From the NCBI GenBank assembly GCA_051886195.1, contig JBJEXW010000003.1, positions 23,844 through 87,843 of the forward strand: a stretch of DNA of 64,000 nucleotides, read 5' to 3'. The number at the start of each line of letters is the position of its first letter. Position 1 is the stretch's first letter. Made by a program: the position numbers and the translations under genes. Below the pieces are notes generated by a model that searched no databases, was not told the origin of the DNA, and worked only from the letters and a program-made list of their open reading frames with translations. The DNA comes from Clostridia bacterium (GTDB lineage: Bacteria; Bacillota; Clostridia; TANB77; CAG-465). This document shows positions 27,223 through 38,952 of this stretch, one piece after another.

Positions 27223-29826
27223 ATGGCACAAGTTACGCCAATGATGCAGTGTTATTTAGATACAAAAGAAAAATATAAAGATTGTATTCTATTTTATAGA
27301 TTAGGTGATTTTTATGAAATGTTTTTTGACGATGCAATAACTGCTAGTAAGGAGCTAGAACTTACTTTAACAGGTAAAGATTGCGGCTTGGAAGAAAGAG
27401 CTCCAATGTGCGGTATACCACATCACGCAAAAGATACATATATAACCAAATTAGTAGAAAAAGGATATAAAGTTGCAATTTGTGAACAGCTTGAAGATCC
27501 AAGATATGCAAAAGGAATTGTTAAAAGAGATGTTGTAAAAATTGTGACTCCAGGTACTATTACAGATCTTACAATGCTTGATGAAAAGAAAAATAATTAT
27601 ATTGCAGGCTTATATATGAATAAAAAAGAAGGAGCTATTGCATTTTGTGATGTTTCTACAGGAGAATTTTTTATCTCAAGTATAAGTGGGGTAGATGTAA
27701 ATACAAAGATTCTAAATGAAATATCTAGAATATCTCCATCAGAGATTATTTTATCTGATGCTACAAAAGAGAATTCTATATTTCTTAAAGAGTTTAATAA
27801 GGTTTTTAACATTTATATTAGTACATATAATAATGATGATAATAATAAATTTTTAGAGAATATAGTTTCAAAACATGAAATTAACTTAAATAAATTAGAA
27901 AGTGAAGCTGCTACATTACTTTTAAATTATATTGAAGAAACTCAAAAAGGCTCAATTGAGCAAATTAATAATATAAATAAATATGAAATAGAAAGATATA
28001 TGCAGCTTGATACTAGCACTCGTAAAAATTTAGAAATACTTGAAGCAAATAGAGAGCATACAAAAAAAGGTAGTTTGCTTTGGGTATTAGATGAAACTGT
28101 AACTGCAATGGGAGGCAGAGCTTTAAGACATTGGCTAGAATCACCTTTACTAGATAAAGCAGAAATTACTAAAAGGCAAGATGCAGTTGGTGTACTTGTA
28201 GAAAATAATATATTTAGAGATGAACTACAAGAAATGTTAAAAACTGTATATGATATAGAAAGATTAATATCTAAAGTTGTAGGTGGAAGTGTTAATGCTA
28301 GAGAATTAACATCTTTAAAAAATTCTTTACAAAAGCTTCCTGAATTAAAAAAATTAATAAAAAAAGTATTAGATAAGACATCGGATATATATTTTACTGA
28401 ATTTTACAATTCTATTGATACTCTTGAAGATGTATATACTTTAATAGATAAAGCTATAATTGAGGATGCTGGCATTACTATTAAAGAAGGCGGAATAATT
28501 AAAGATGGATTTAGCTCACAAGTAGATGATTATAGAAATGCGTCAACTAAGGGACAAGAATGGTTAATGGAACTTGAGGCCAAAGAGAAAGAGCGCACTG
28601 GAATAAAAGGAAAATGGTTAAGAATAGGGTATAATAGAGTTTTTGGATACTATATTGAAGTAACCAATTCATATAAGTCACAAGTGCCAGAAGACAGATA
28701 TATTCGTAAACAAACATTAGCTGGGGCTGAAAGATATGTCACTGAAGAATTAAAAGAGATAGAAGAAAAAATACTTGGAGCAAAGGAAAAACTTATAGAT
28801 TTAGAATACGATTTATTTTGCAAAATAAGAGAAGAAGTTGCAATGCAAGTAATAAGAATACAAAAAACTGCTTCAATTATTTCTATACTTGATGTATTAT
28901 GTTCTTTCGCAACAGTTGCAGTAAATAACAACTATGTTAAACCAAATATTACAGAAGATGGAGTAATAGATATAAAAAATGGAAGACATGCTGTTGTTGA
29001 GAAAGCTTTAAAAAATGAGCAATTTATACCAAATGACTCATATTTAAATAGTACATCCGATAGGTTTTTAATAATAACTGGTCCTAATATGGCAGGTAAA
29101 TCTACATATATGAGACAGGTAGCAATAATTACTTATATGGCACAGCTTGGATCTTTTGTACCAGCTGATAGTGCATCGATTTCTATTGTGGATAGAATTT
29201 TTACTAGAATTGGTGCATCAGATGACTTAGCTATGGGACAATCTACATTTATGGTAGAGATGCAAGAATTGTCTAATATATTGGATAATGCAACAAAAAA
29301 TAGCTTAGTAATACTGGATGAAATAGGAAGAGGTACTTCAACTTATGATGGATTAGCTATAGCTTGGGCAACTGTTGAATATATGGCTGATTTAGAAAAA
29401 GTAGGAGCTAAGACTTTATTTGCAACACACTATCATGAATTAATTGAACTTGAAAAGAAAATTGAAGGTGTTAAAAATTATTCTGTAGATGTTAAAGAAA
29501 AGGGTGATGATGTTATATTCTTAAGAAAAATAACTCCAGGTGGAGCTGATGAATCATATGGAATATATGTTGCAAAGCTTGCTGGAATTAAGAAACCAGT
29601 TATATCTAGAGCTAAAGAAATTCTTAAATACCTTGAAAATGTTGACCTTGCAAAGAAAACAATAGATGAAAAGAAGAAGAAAATAACTACTGAAGAAGTT
29701 CAAGTGGATATGTTTAATTATAAGATGGCGGGAGTAGTAAGTGCATTAGAGAAAATAGATTTAGATGAACTTACACCAAAAGATGCTCTTGAAGTATTAT
29801 ATAAATTGAAAGAAAAATTAGATTAA
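27223..29826 (+). CDS. mutS: DNA mismatch repair protein MutS
   Basis: 867 aa; Walker A GPNMAGKST. Confidence 0.95.
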   Translation: MAQVTPMMQCYLDTKEKYKDCILFYRLGDFYEMFFDDAITASKELELTLTGKDCGLEERAPMCGIPHHAKDTYITKLVEKGYKVAICEQLEDPRYAKGIVKRDVVKIVTPGTITDLTMLDEKKNNYIAGLYMNKKEGAIAFCDVSTGEFFISSISGVDVNTKILNEISRISPSEIILSDATKENSIFLKEFNKVFNIYISTYNNDDNNKFLENIVSKHEINLNKLESEAATLLLNYIEETQKGSIEQINNINKYEIERYMQLDTSTRKNLEILEANREHTKKGSLLWVLDETVTAMGGRALRHWLESPLLDKAEITKRQDAVGVLVENNIFRDELQEMLKTVYDIERLISKVVGGSVNARELTSLKNSLQKLPELKKLIKKVLDKTSDIYFTEFYNSIDTLEDVYTLIDKAIIEDAGITIKEGGIIKDGFSSQVDDYRNASTKGQEWLMELEAKEKERTGIKGKWLRIGYNRVFGYYIEVTNSYKSQVPEDRYIRKQTLAGAERYVTEELKEIEEKILGAKEKLIDLEYDLFCKIREEVAMQVIRIQKTASIISILDVLCSFATVAVNNNYVKPNITEDGVIDIKNGRHAVVEKALKNEQFIPNDSYLNSTSDRFLIITGPNMAGKSTYMRQVAIITYMAQLGSFVPADSASISIVDRIFTRIGASDDLAMGQSTFMVEMQELSNILDNATKNSLVILDEIGRGTSTYDGLAIAWATVEYMADLEKVGAKTLFATHYHELIELEKKIEGVKNYSVDVKEKGDDVIFLRKITPGGADESYGIYVAKLAGIKKPVISRAKEILKYLENVDLAKKTIDEKKKKITTEEVQVDMFNYKMAGVVSALEKIDLDELTPKDALEVLYKLKEKLD

Positions 29827-29911
29827 AGCACATTTTATTATGTGCTTTTTTCTATCTTGTAAAATATATAAAAACATAGTATAATTATGTAGAATTAAAG
29901 GAGATATTTAA

Positions 29912-31852
29912 ATGGGAGATATTGTATTATTAGATGAACAAACAATTAATAAAATTGCAGCTGGAGAAGTTGTAGATAGACCAGCGTCTATCGTTAAAGA
30001 ACTAGTTGAAAATTCAATTGATGCTAAAGCAACTTCAGTCACTGTTGAAATTAGAAAAGGCGGAATAAATTATATAAAAATTATAGATAATGGTACAGGG
30101 TTTAAATCTGATGACATTGAACTTGCATTTGAAAGACATGCAACTAGTAAGATAAGAAAAGAAGAAGATTTACAAAGAATAACCTCAATGGGGTTTAGAG
30201 GTGAGGCCCTTGCCTCTGTTGCAGCAATAGCTAAAATATCGCTTACTACCAAAAATATTAACGAAGACATTGGAACTAAGGTAAGAGTTGAAGCAGGAAA
30301 TATTATTTCAAGACAAGAAGTGCCAGCAGTAACAGGAACAACAATTGAAATATTTGATGTTTTTTATAATGTACCAGCTAGATTTAAATTTTTGAAAAAA
30401 GATTATACTGAAGCTGGATACATTGAGGATGTAATGATAAGAATGGCTCTTTCTTATCCTCAAGTTAGTTTCAGATATATAAATAATGGAAAGACTATTA
30501 TACAAACATCTGGAACAGGAAACTTACATGATACAATATATGATGTATTTGGAAAAGAAATATATGATGCTGTATTACCTATAGACTATGAGACAAATGA
30601 TATGAAAGTATTTGGAATGATTGGAAAGCCTTCAGTTTCACGTTCAACAAGAATGCATCAATTTATATTTTTAAATAATAGATATATAAAAGATAAAACA
30701 GTATCTTCAGCAATAGATAGGGCATGTGAAGAAAAATTTGCTATTAGCAAGCATGCATTTATTGTATGTAATATATATATGAATCCAGCCCAAATTGATG
30801 TTAATGTCCATCCAGCAAAACTTGAAGTTAAGTTTGCAGATGAATCAAGGATTTTTGATGTTGTTTATCATGCAGTTAGAAGTGCAATAGAAAACGATAA
30901 CAAGAATAATAGTCCATTTACAATTGCTAGAGAAGAGATAAATGCTAAAGAAAATGAAAAAATAGAATTAGATAATAATAAGATTGAGCAAATATCTAAA
31001 GATTTAATAAATAATGGAGTTATTCCTAACAAAGAAGAAAAAAAATATAACTTTGAAATAGCAACTAAAAAATTATATCAACAACCTAAAATAGAACCTG
31101 TAGGAATAAATAGTTTAATTGAGTCTTTAAATGAAAAAATTGGCAATATAAATACAGATATAAGTGAATTAAAGCCTTCTGAAGAAAAACAGGAGAACGT
31201 GGAAGAAAAAACAGATGATTTTGAACAGGCAAAATTTGAAGTTGAATCTTATGAAGAAACTAAAATAGAAAAATTAGATAATGTATATAAGTATATTGGT
31301 AATCTTTTTGATACCTATATAATTATTCAAATGAAAGATAAAATGTATTTTGTCGATCAACATGCTGCTCATGAAAGGTATTTGTTTGAACAAATAAAAG
31401 AGGCATATTATGCAAAAGATAGACAAACTCAGATGCTTTTAATTCCACTTTTAGTAGGACTTTCAACTAAAGAGATGAATATTGTAAGAGAAAATATAGA
31501 GATGTTTGAAAACGCAGGATTTATTTTAGAAGAGTTTGGAGAAAATACTTTTAAAATATCTGGAGTGCCAAATGTTGGATATAATATAGATCATAAATCT
31601 ATGTTTAAGGATATGATAACTGAGTTATCAACAACAGAAAAAACAGAAAGACAAGAAAAAGAACATAGATTTTTAGCTACTTTAGCTTGTAAAGCTGCAG
31701 TTAAAGGTGGAATGAAATTAGATGTTGAAGAGCAAAAAAGATTGGTAGATAATATGATAGGTTTAGATAATCCATTTACTTGTCCACATGGTAGACCAAC
31801 AGCAGTCCCTATGACAAGATATGAAATTGAAAGAAAGTTTATGAGAAAATAA
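29912..31852 (+). CDS. mutL: DNA mismatch repair protein MutL
   Basis: GHKL N-terminus (ELVENSIDA); C-terminal dimerization domain. Confidence 0.95.
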   Translation: MGDIVLLDEQTINKIAAGEVVDRPASIVKELVENSIDAKATSVTVEIRKGGINYIKIIDNGTGFKSDDIELAFERHATSKIRKEEDLQRITSMGFRGEALASVAAIAKISLTTKNINEDIGTKVRVEAGNIISRQEVPAVTGTTIEIFDVFYNVPARFKFLKKDYTEAGYIEDVMIRMALSYPQVSFRYINNGKTIIQTSGTGNLHDTIYDVFGKEIYDAVLPIDYETNDMKVFGMIGKPSVSRSTRMHQFIFLNNRYIKDKTVSSAIDRACEEKFAISKHAFIVCNIYMNPAQIDVNVHPAKLEVKFADESRIFDVVYHAVRSAIENDNKNNSPFTIAREEINAKENEKIELDNNKIEQISKDLINNGVIPNKEEKKYNFEIATKKLYQQPKIEPVGINSLIESLNEKIGNINTDISELKPSEEKQENVEEKTDDFEQAKFEVESYEETKIEKLDNVYKYIGNLFDTYIIIQMKDKMYFVDQHAAHERYLFEQIKEAYYAKDRQTQMLLIPLLVGLSTKEMNIVRENIEMFENAGFILEEFGENTFKISGVPNVGYNIDHKSMFKDMITELSTTEKTERQEKEHRFLATLACKAAVKGGMKLDVEEQKRLVDNMIGLDNPFTCPHGRPTAVPMTRYEIERKFMRK

Positions 31853-31864
31853 AGGAGTGTAACA

Positions 31865-32794
31865 TTGGAAAAAGTAATTTGTATAGTTGGACCTACTGCA
31901 TCTGGAAAAACAGGACTTGCAATAGAACTAGCTAAAAGAGTTAATGCAGAAATAATATCAGCAGATTCAATGCAAATATATAGAGGTCTTGATGTTGGAA
32001 CTGCTAAAGTTACAAAAGAAGAAGCACAAGGGATACCACATCATATGATAGATATTTGTGATGTTGAAGAAAAATTCAGCGTTGCAGATTTTAAGCATAT
32101 GTGTTATGATAAAATTGAAGAAATCTTAAAGAAAAATAAGAATGTTATAATTGCAGGTGGTACGGGATTATATATAAATGCAGTTGTATATAATATGAAT
32201 TTTGAAAATGAGGAAACTGATACAGAGTATAGAAAAGAACTAGAAAATATAGCCAAAGAAAAAGGAAATGAATATTTATATTCTATTTTAGAAAGTATTG
32301 ATCCTGAATCTGCAAAGAAAATTCATATGAATAATGTTAAACGTGTTATTAGGGCAATAGAAATGTCTAAAAATGTAAAGCTAAAATCTATTCATATGAA
32401 AGAAGAAAAAGAAAGAATTGAAAAAGAAAAGAGTAAATATGAGTTTTTTGTATTTTGTATTGAGCAAGATAGAGAGTACTTATATAATAGAATAAATCTT
32501 AGAGTAGATTTAATGGTAAAAGATGGAATAGTAGAAGAGGCAAAAAAAGTTTATGATATGAAACTTCCTAAAGATAATACTTGCATGCAAGCAATAGGAT
32601 ATAAAGAATTTTTTCCTTATTTTGAAGGAAAATTGACACTAGATGAGGCAATTGAAAGTTTAAAAAAGGAAACAAGACATTATGCTAAAAGACAAATGAC
32701 ATGGTTTAATAATAAATTGAAGTGTATTAAATTGGATGGAAGTAAGTCAAAAGATGAATTAGTAAATGAAATTCTAAGATATACAAATGGTTAA
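31865..32794 (+). CDS. miaA: tRNA dimethylallyltransferase
   Basis: GPTASGKT P-loop; TTG start. Confidence 0.9.
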   Translation: MEKVICIVGPTASGKTGLAIELAKRVNAEIISADSMQIYRGLDVGTAKVTKEEAQGIPHHMIDICDVEEKFSVADFKHMCYDKIEEILKKNKNVIIAGGTGLYINAVVYNMNFENEETDTEYRKELENIAKEKGNEYLYSILESIDPESAKKIHMNNVKRVIRAIEMSKNVKLKSIHMKEEKERIEKEKSKYEFFVFCIEQDREYLYNRINLRVDLMVKDGIVEEAKKVYDMKLPKDNTCMQAIGYKEFFPYFEGKLTLDEAIESLKKETRHYAKRQMTWFNNKLKCIKLDGSKSKDELVNEILRYTNG

Positions 32795-32807
32795 TTAGGA
32801 GAAGTTT

Positions 32808-34022
32808 ATGAATAAAATGATTGACTTTTTAAAATCAAATATTAGAGTTATTATAGTTTTAACTATTATACTTATATTTATTGTTTTTTATATTTCTAAA
32901 AAAGAATTTAGTAAAAAAACAATTTATACTGTTATTAATGGAAATATTGAAAGCTCTGAGGAAACTAATCTATATTTGTTAAAAAAAGAAACTATTGTTG
33001 ATTATGATAAAAACCAATCAGTGACAGCTATAATAGATCAGGGTAAAAGAGCATCTAGGTATGAAGCCGTTGCTACATATAAAAACGATAGCTATGATGA
33101 CTATCAAAGACAAATTGAAGATATAGATAAACAAATTCAAACTTTAGTCAAGGATTTACCATTAACTTATTCTGCAGATATATCTAATATTGACGATAAA
33201 ATTCTTAAATATTCAAACGAAGTTCAAGGAACAACTTCATACTTGAAAATTCAAGAGTATAAAACAAAATTAGATGAGTTAGCATATAAAAAAATTACAA
33301 TACTTGCAAATTCATCTCCTGATAGTTCTGCAATAAGAGATTTAGTTGCTAAAAGGGAGAATTTAGTTAATTTAAGTAAGACTTCTGATCACAATATTGT
33401 TTCTCCAGTATCAGGAATTGTTACATATAAGATAGACGGATTAGAAGAATTAATTTCTTATGATAAAATTCTAAATTATAGTGCTTCAGAACTTGAAAAA
33501 TTTATTTCTATGTATGATAGTAATACTAATAGTGAATTTGGAATAAAAATAATAGATAACTTTGGAGCGTATTTTTTAGTAAAAACACCAAGTGGAAAAT
33601 ATGATGAATATATAAGAGAAGGAAAAAACTATAAGATTAGAGTTTCTGATTTTGAAAACTTAGTTTTAACTGCAACTTTAATAAAAAATATTAATGATTC
33701 AGGATATAATTATTCATTATTTGAAATTCATAATGAAATAGATAGTTTGGTAGACTATAGAAAGCTATCATGTGAAATTGTATGGAATACCATAGAGGGA
33801 ATGGCAGTTCCACTAAATGCAATATATACTGATGAGATAAGCAATTATCAATATGTTTTAATGGTGTATGGGACAGATTATGTAAAAGTACCAATAAATA
33901 TAGTTTCAAAAAGTGATAGCATAGCATTAGTGGAAAATGTGGATAAAGAAGTATATGAAAAATATAATTTAGATACAACATTTATACTTGAGTTATATGA
34001 TGAATTAGTAATTGAAAAGTAA
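32808..34022 (+). CDS. Membrane-anchored hypothetical protein
   Basis: N-terminal TM helix; the position after miaA where hfq is often found. Confidence 0.35.
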   Translation: MNKMIDFLKSNIRVIIVLTIILIFIVFYISKKEFSKKTIYTVINGNIESSEETNLYLLKKETIVDYDKNQSVTAIIDQGKRASRYEAVATYKNDSYDDYQRQIEDIDKQIQTLVKDLPLTYSADISNIDDKILKYSNEVQGTTSYLKIQEYKTKLDELAYKKITILANSSPDSSAIRDLVAKRENLVNLSKTSDHNIVSPVSGIVTYKIDGLEELISYDKILNYSASELEKFISMYDSNTNSEFGIKIIDNFGAYFLVKTPSGKYDEYIREGKNYKIRVSDFENLVLTATLIKNINDSGYNYSLFEIHNEIDSLVDYRKLSCEIVWNTIEGMAVPLNAIYTDEISNYQYVLMVYGTDYVKVPINIVSKSDSIALVENVDKEVYEKYNLDTTFILELYDELVIEK

Positions 34023-34035
34023 AAAAGAAGTAGTG

Positions 34036-34623
34036 TTAGCTACTTCTTTTTGTGTATCTTTTATTGCTAATTGGGTCTGTATAAACTTTTACAGACTGAT
34101 ACTTTTCAACATTTAATACTTTTTTCTGATCACCTAGTATTAATAATGTTTGATATAATTCATACTTAGTAAACATATCTGTTTCAAGTATTTCATTTAT
34201 ACATTTTTCATAATAAAACTCTCTTGAATTTTGAACTAGTAATGGTTTATCTAATATTTTATTATATGGAAATAAATTATCTGGTAATATAGATGAACAT
34301 ATAATAGCTTCTGGTAGTTCATAATCACCAATATTATAATTTTCAATGTCAACAACAAAATTATCAATTAATTCTGTTCCTTCACAAATTTTATTAAAAA
34401 CTATGGCTGTTAAACCTTTAGTTAATACTCTAATACATTCAAATTCTTCATTTAGATATAATGGTGAATCTTTAGGTGATAGATATGCTTGGATACCTCT
34501 TTTAGTTGAACTATTTAACTCTATCACTCTATTTTCCTGCTCGGATAATTTGATCCCATATTTTAAGCAATCACTAGCAATATTCTTATCTACATATATG
34601 TATAGATCTTGCACAATTATCAC
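34036..34623 (-). CDS. Hypothetical protein
   Basis: ORF only. Confidence 0.35.
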   Translation of the reverse strand: MIIVQDLYIYVDKNIASDCLKYGIKLSEQENRVIELNSSTKRGIQAYLSPKDSPLYLNEEFECIRVLTKGLTAIVFNKICEGTELIDNFVVDIENYNIGDYELPEAIICSSILPDNLFPYNKILDKPLLVQNSREFYYEKCINEILETDMFTKYELYQTLLILGDQKKVLNVEKYQSVKVYTDPISNKRYTKRSS

Positions 34624-34720
34624 TCCTAAGTGTTTATATTATAACACACTATATACTAAAAGTTAAGAAAATTATTAAATGTAAGAAAAAAAGCTACTTT
34701 AAAAGTAGCTTTTTTAATAT

Positions 34721-35176
34721 TTATTTATCTGTTGAACCAAATCCGCCAACTCTTTTTCCTGTTGCTTCATCATTATCTACAGTTAAATATTTTTGGAATA
34801 CAACTTGTCCAATTACATCACCTTTTTTTACTTCTATGTCATGATCTGAACAATTGAAATAAGCAAAATAGAAGTGACCATCGTTGTCAGGATTTCCGTA
34901 ATAATCTGAATCAATTAATCCTACACTATTTGCCATTAAAAAGCCTTTTTTTGGACCACTACTACGATTTAGTAATAAGTAACACTCGTCTTCCATGCAA
35001 TATGCTTTAAGTCCTGTTGGAATAAGTGTTGGTTTAATTCCTGGATAATATTTTGGAATTATAATATCTTCTGCAGCTTCTACATCATATCCTGCAGAGT
35101 GAGCTGTTTTTCTTACAGGTATATGAATATCTTTATCTTCATATCCCTTTGCAACTTCAAATCCTCTCTGTCTCAT
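34721..35176 (-). CDS. dut: dUTP diphosphatase
   Basis: Motifs SAGYD, GLIDSDYYG, RVGGFGSTD. Confidence 0.8.
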   Translation of the reverse strand: MRQRGFEVAKGYEDKDIHIPVRKTAHSAGYDVEAAEDIIIPKYYPGIKPTLIPTGLKAYCMEDECYLLLNRSSGPKKGFLMANSVGLIDSDYYGNPDNDGHFYFAYFNCSDHDIEVKKGDVIGQVVFQKYLTVDNDEATGKRVGGFGSTDK

Positions 35177-35276
35177 TTTTACCCTCCTAAATACAATGTA
35201 GATTATATCATAACATATAATTATTTTAAATATTAATTATTAATTAAATAAAAAAATTAGTCTCCTTTTTATGAGA

Positions 35277-36161
35277 CTAATTTATATTTTCAAGTCTTGC
35301 TATACGTTCTGAAATTGGTGGGTGGGTAGAAAATATATCAGTTTTTTCTCTTTTCTTTTTTAAAGGTTCACTAATATACATATGTGCTGTAGCATTACTT
35401 ACATTTTTCATACTAGAATCATCATTTTGTAATTTCTTAAGTGCAGAAATTAGACCATTTGGATTTCTAGTAAATTCTATTGCTGTAGCATCGGCAAGAT
35501 ATTCTCTTTTTCTTGAAACAGCAAGTTGAATTAATTTAGTAAATATTGGAGATAGAATGATAAATATTAGTCCAACTATTAGTAATATTCCTTCAAGTGG
35601 ACTTTTATCATCAGAATCTCTCCTTCTTCTAAACCCATATCTTAAAACAAAATCAGAAATCATTACAACAAAACCTGCAAATACAGATATAACTGTAGAT
35701 AACAATATATCATAATTTTTTATATGAGATAACTCATGTGCTAATACTCCTTCAAGTTCATATTTATCCATTCTTTCAAGAAGCCCAGTAGTTACGCATA
35801 TAACTGCATTTTCTGGATTTCTTCCTGTAGCAAAAGCATTAGGAGATGGATCATTTACTACATATAGCTTTGGCTTTGGTAAACCAGAAGCAATGCAAAG
35901 ACCATCAAGTAGAGTAGATAACAATTGATCTTGCTCAGGAGTTGCTTTTCTTGCACCATTCATTGCTAGAACCAATTTATCACAATTGTAATAAGATAAA
36001 AAGCTAGATATTGTTGAAAATGCTAGCGCTATTACAATTGAATATGGTCCTAAATCCATTAAATAACAGACAAAGTATATAAAAAGTGTTACTATTATTA
36101 AAAAACCTAAAATAATACCAAATGATTGAATCTTATTATCCCTAACAGATTTTAAAATCAT
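35277..36161 (-). CDS. htpX: Zinc metalloprotease HtpX (M48)
   Basis: HELSH motif; TM helices. Confidence 0.85.
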   Translation of the reverse strand: MILKSVRDNKIQSFGIILGFLIIVTLFIYFVCYLMDLGPYSIVIALAFSTISSFLSYYNCDKLVLAMNGARKATPEQDQLLSTLLDGLCIASGLPKPKLYVVNDPSPNAFATGRNPENAVICVTTGLLERMDKYELEGVLAHELSHIKNYDILLSTVISVFAGFVVMISDFVLRYGFRRRRDSDDKSPLEGILLIVGLIFIILSPIFTKLIQLAVSRKREYLADATAIEFTRNPNGLISALKKLQNDDSSMKNVSNATAHMYISEPLKKKREKTDIFSTHPPISERIARLENIN

Positions 36162-36174
36162 AATATCACCTTAA

Positions 36175-36723
36175 TTAGAATTGAACTTTAACTGGTTCTT
36201 TTTCTGCTTCGTCTATTTTGAAGAATGGCTCTTCTTTGTAACCAAACATTCCTGCAATTATATTTGCTGGGAATTTCATTATAGCAGTATTGTACATTTG
36301 AACTGTATCATTATAAAATTGTCTTGAATATGCAATTTTATCTTCTGTTCCAGTTAGTTCTGTTTGTAATGCCATAAAGTTTTGATTTGCTTTTAAATCA
36401 GGATAAGATTCAGATAGTGCAAATATACTTTTTAAAGTTTGAGTTAATTCATTGTTAGCAGCAGCTTTATCTTCAACTGTTGTTGCAGAAGCATAGCTAT
36501 TTCTTGCAGCTATAACTTTTTCTAAAGTTGCTTGTTCATGAGCTGCATATCCTTTAACTGTTTCAACTAAGTTTGGAATTAAATCAAATCTTCTCTTTAA
36601 TTGTGTATCAATTTGTGCCCATGCATTCTTTACTCTCATTTTTAAGCTTACTAAGTTATTGTACATTCCAATTACAGCAAGAATAATTAAAAGTAGAACA
36701 ACTAGTACTATTATAATCCACAT
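36175..36723 (-). CDS. lemA: LemA family protein
   Basis: N-terminal TM helix; lemA-htpX gene pair. Confidence 0.8.
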   Translation of the reverse strand: MWIIIVLVVLLLIILAVIGMYNNLVSLKMRVKNAWAQIDTQLKRRFDLIPNLVETVKGYAAHEQATLEKVIAARNSYASATTVEDKAAANNELTQTLKSIFALSESYPDLKANQNFMALQTELTGTEDKIAYSRQFYNDTVQMYNTAIMKFPANIIAGMFGYKEEPFFKIDEAEKEPVKVQF

Positions 36724-36962
36724 AAAACATACCTCCCTTTTTTGTGTGATGTTAATATTTTATCATTAAATATTAATATTTGCAATATGATTATTATTAA
36801 TGATATTCATTAATAAATTCTAATTTAAATATATGACAAAGTATTACAAATACTACATTTATAGTGTAATTAGTTATTTATCTAATTAAGTCATTACAGA
36901 TTTGACAAAGAATATAATATATAGTATAATGAAATTGTTAAATATTCTTAGGAGGAATTTTT

Positions 36963-38021
36963 GTGAAAGAAGATAAGGCATTTATAGTTAGAAAGATTCT
37001 TACTGTTGTAAGTTTAATTCTTATATTTGCTACAGCTGGATTATTAGCAATAACAACTCAACTTAAGACAATAACGTTTAATTACTATGGTAATGTAAAA
37101 TCAATTAAAACATTAGCAAGTTCTGTAGATGCATTTTTACTACAAAATAATATATGCTTAAATGATACTGCTATTATAGAGCCTGCTCAAAAATCAAGAT
37201 TAACTAATGGGATGACAATAACAGTATATAGTGATGAAGCTGAATCTTTTGATATTGAAAGTGTAAGAGAATCATATTCTCCAGTAGTTGCTAGTGTTAA
37301 ACAAGAGATTGAATCAATACCATTTGAAGAAGAAACAGTAAATAATGAAGAAAGAGATTCTGGCGAAACTGAAGTAATACAAGAAGGAGTAGAAGGATCA
37401 AAATCTATAAGTTATATAGTAAAATCAACTAATGATAAAGTAATACAAAAAGATGAAATAAGAAGTGAAATACTTGCTGAAGCGCAAAATAGAGTAGTAG
37501 AAGTTGGAACAAAAGTTACAGTGTCTAGAAGTAATGTTGTAACATCAATAATGACAGAAGTGGTTGATGGTGGGTTTGTTCAATATAATATTTCGCTACC
37601 AGTTGAGTATCAACAGTATGCATATAATTTGTGTAAAAGATATGGAATAGATTATGCATTGTTCTTAGCTATGATGTATCAGGAAAGTACATATAATGTA
37701 AATGCTGGTGCTAATAGTGCATATAAAGGACTATGTCAAGTAGGCGTAGGAAACTTACCAATTGTTGGCATTGAAACAGAAGCTCAATTGTTAGATCCAT
37801 ATAATAATATGGCGGCTGGAGCATATATGCTATATAATAATTTAAACACAGCTAGAAATTATGCATCTGATACTAAAACACAATGGGTATTTGCTTTAAA
37901 TTCGTATAATATGGGACTTGGAGGATATTTATCTGTATTTAACTCTGGAACAATAGATAGAGCATACAGCACAAATATCTTACAAATTAGAGATAGATTA
38001 ATTGCAAATGGTGGATTATAG
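36963..38021 (+). CDS. Lytic transglycosylase (SLT) protein with DUF348/G5-like N-terminal domains
   Basis: ES-motif AMMYQESTYN...KGLCQVG. Confidence 0.55.
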   Translation: MKEDKAFIVRKILTVVSLILIFATAGLLAITTQLKTITFNYYGNVKSIKTLASSVDAFLLQNNICLNDTAIIEPAQKSRLTNGMTITVYSDEAESFDIESVRESYSPVVASVKQEIESIPFEEETVNNEERDSGETEVIQEGVEGSKSISYIVKSTNDKVIQKDEIRSEILAEAQNRVVEVGTKVTVSRSNVVTSIMTEVVDGGFVQYNISLPVEYQQYAYNLCKRYGIDYALFLAMMYQESTYNVNAGANSAYKGLCQVGVGNLPIVGIETEAQLLDPYNNMAAGAYMLYNNLNTARNYASDTKTQWVFALNSYNMGLGGYLSVFNSGTIDRAYSTNILQIRDRLIANGGL

Positions 38022-38078
38022 TAAAATAAAAGAATAGCGTTTGCTATTCTTTTATTTTTAGAAGGAGAAAAAAATAGA

Positions 38079-38936
38079 ATGAATACATTAGCTAAAACTA
38101 GAAGTATAATGAACAAATTTAATATAGTTGCTAACAAGAGATATGGACAAAATTTTCTAATAGATGATAATATACTAGAAAAAATTGTCGGCTCTGCAAA
38201 TATTTCAAAACAAGATTTAGTAATTGAGATTGGCCCAGGACTTGGAAATTTAACAGAATATCTTTTAGATAGAGCAAAACATGTCTTGTTAGTTGAAATA
38301 GATACCAAAATGATTACGGTATTAGAAGATAGATTTAAAAATAATAGTAATTATACATTATTAAATAATGATATATTAAAAGTTAATATAGATGAAATTG
38401 TAAAAAAAATTGAAATTGAGAAAAATACTAAATTTGAAAATATTAAAGTTGTAGCAAATTTACCATATTATATTACAACACCAATTATTTTTAAGTTACT
38501 TGAGGATGAAAACTCTATTTCAGATATAACAGTAATGGTTCAAAAGGAAGTTGCTGAAAGAATGGTTGCAGAGCCAAAAAGTAAAGACTTTGGTATTCTT
38601 ACTATTATGGTAGATTATTTTTCAAATGCAAATATAGAACTGATTGTACTAAATTCAAGTTTCATACCAGAGCCGGGAGTTGTGTCAGCCGTAATTAATT
38701 TAAAAAAGACTAGAAAGTATATCGTAAAAAATGAAAAATTGTTTTTTGAATTAATACATAAGGCGTTTGCTCAAAGAAGAAAAAAAATGGTTAATTCTCT
38801 TACTTCAACTAATTTTAATAATATGAGTAAACAAGAAATAGAAGAGCTATTGACAAAATGTAAATTGAGTCTAAATACAAGAGCAGAGGAATTAAACATT
38901 AAGGAATTTATTGATATAGTAAATAATATAGATTAA
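38079..38936 (+). CDS. rsmA: 16S rRNA (adenine1518/1519-N6)-dimethyltransferase
   Basis: GQNFLID; SAM-binding motif EIGPGLG. Confidence 0.9.
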   Translation: MNTLAKTRSIMNKFNIVANKRYGQNFLIDDNILEKIVGSANISKQDLVIEIGPGLGNLTEYLLDRAKHVLLVEIDTKMITVLEDRFKNNSNYTLLNNDILKVNIDEIVKKIEIEKNTKFENIKVVANLPYYITTPIIFKLLEDENSISDITVMVQKEVAERMVAEPKSKDFGILTIMVDYFSNANIELIVLNSSFIPEPGVVSAVINLKKTRKYIVKNEKLFFELIHKAFAQRRKKMVNSLTSTNFNNMSKQEIEELLTKCKLSLNTRAEELNIKEFIDIVNNID

Positions 38937-38952
38937 TATAAGAGAGGGATAT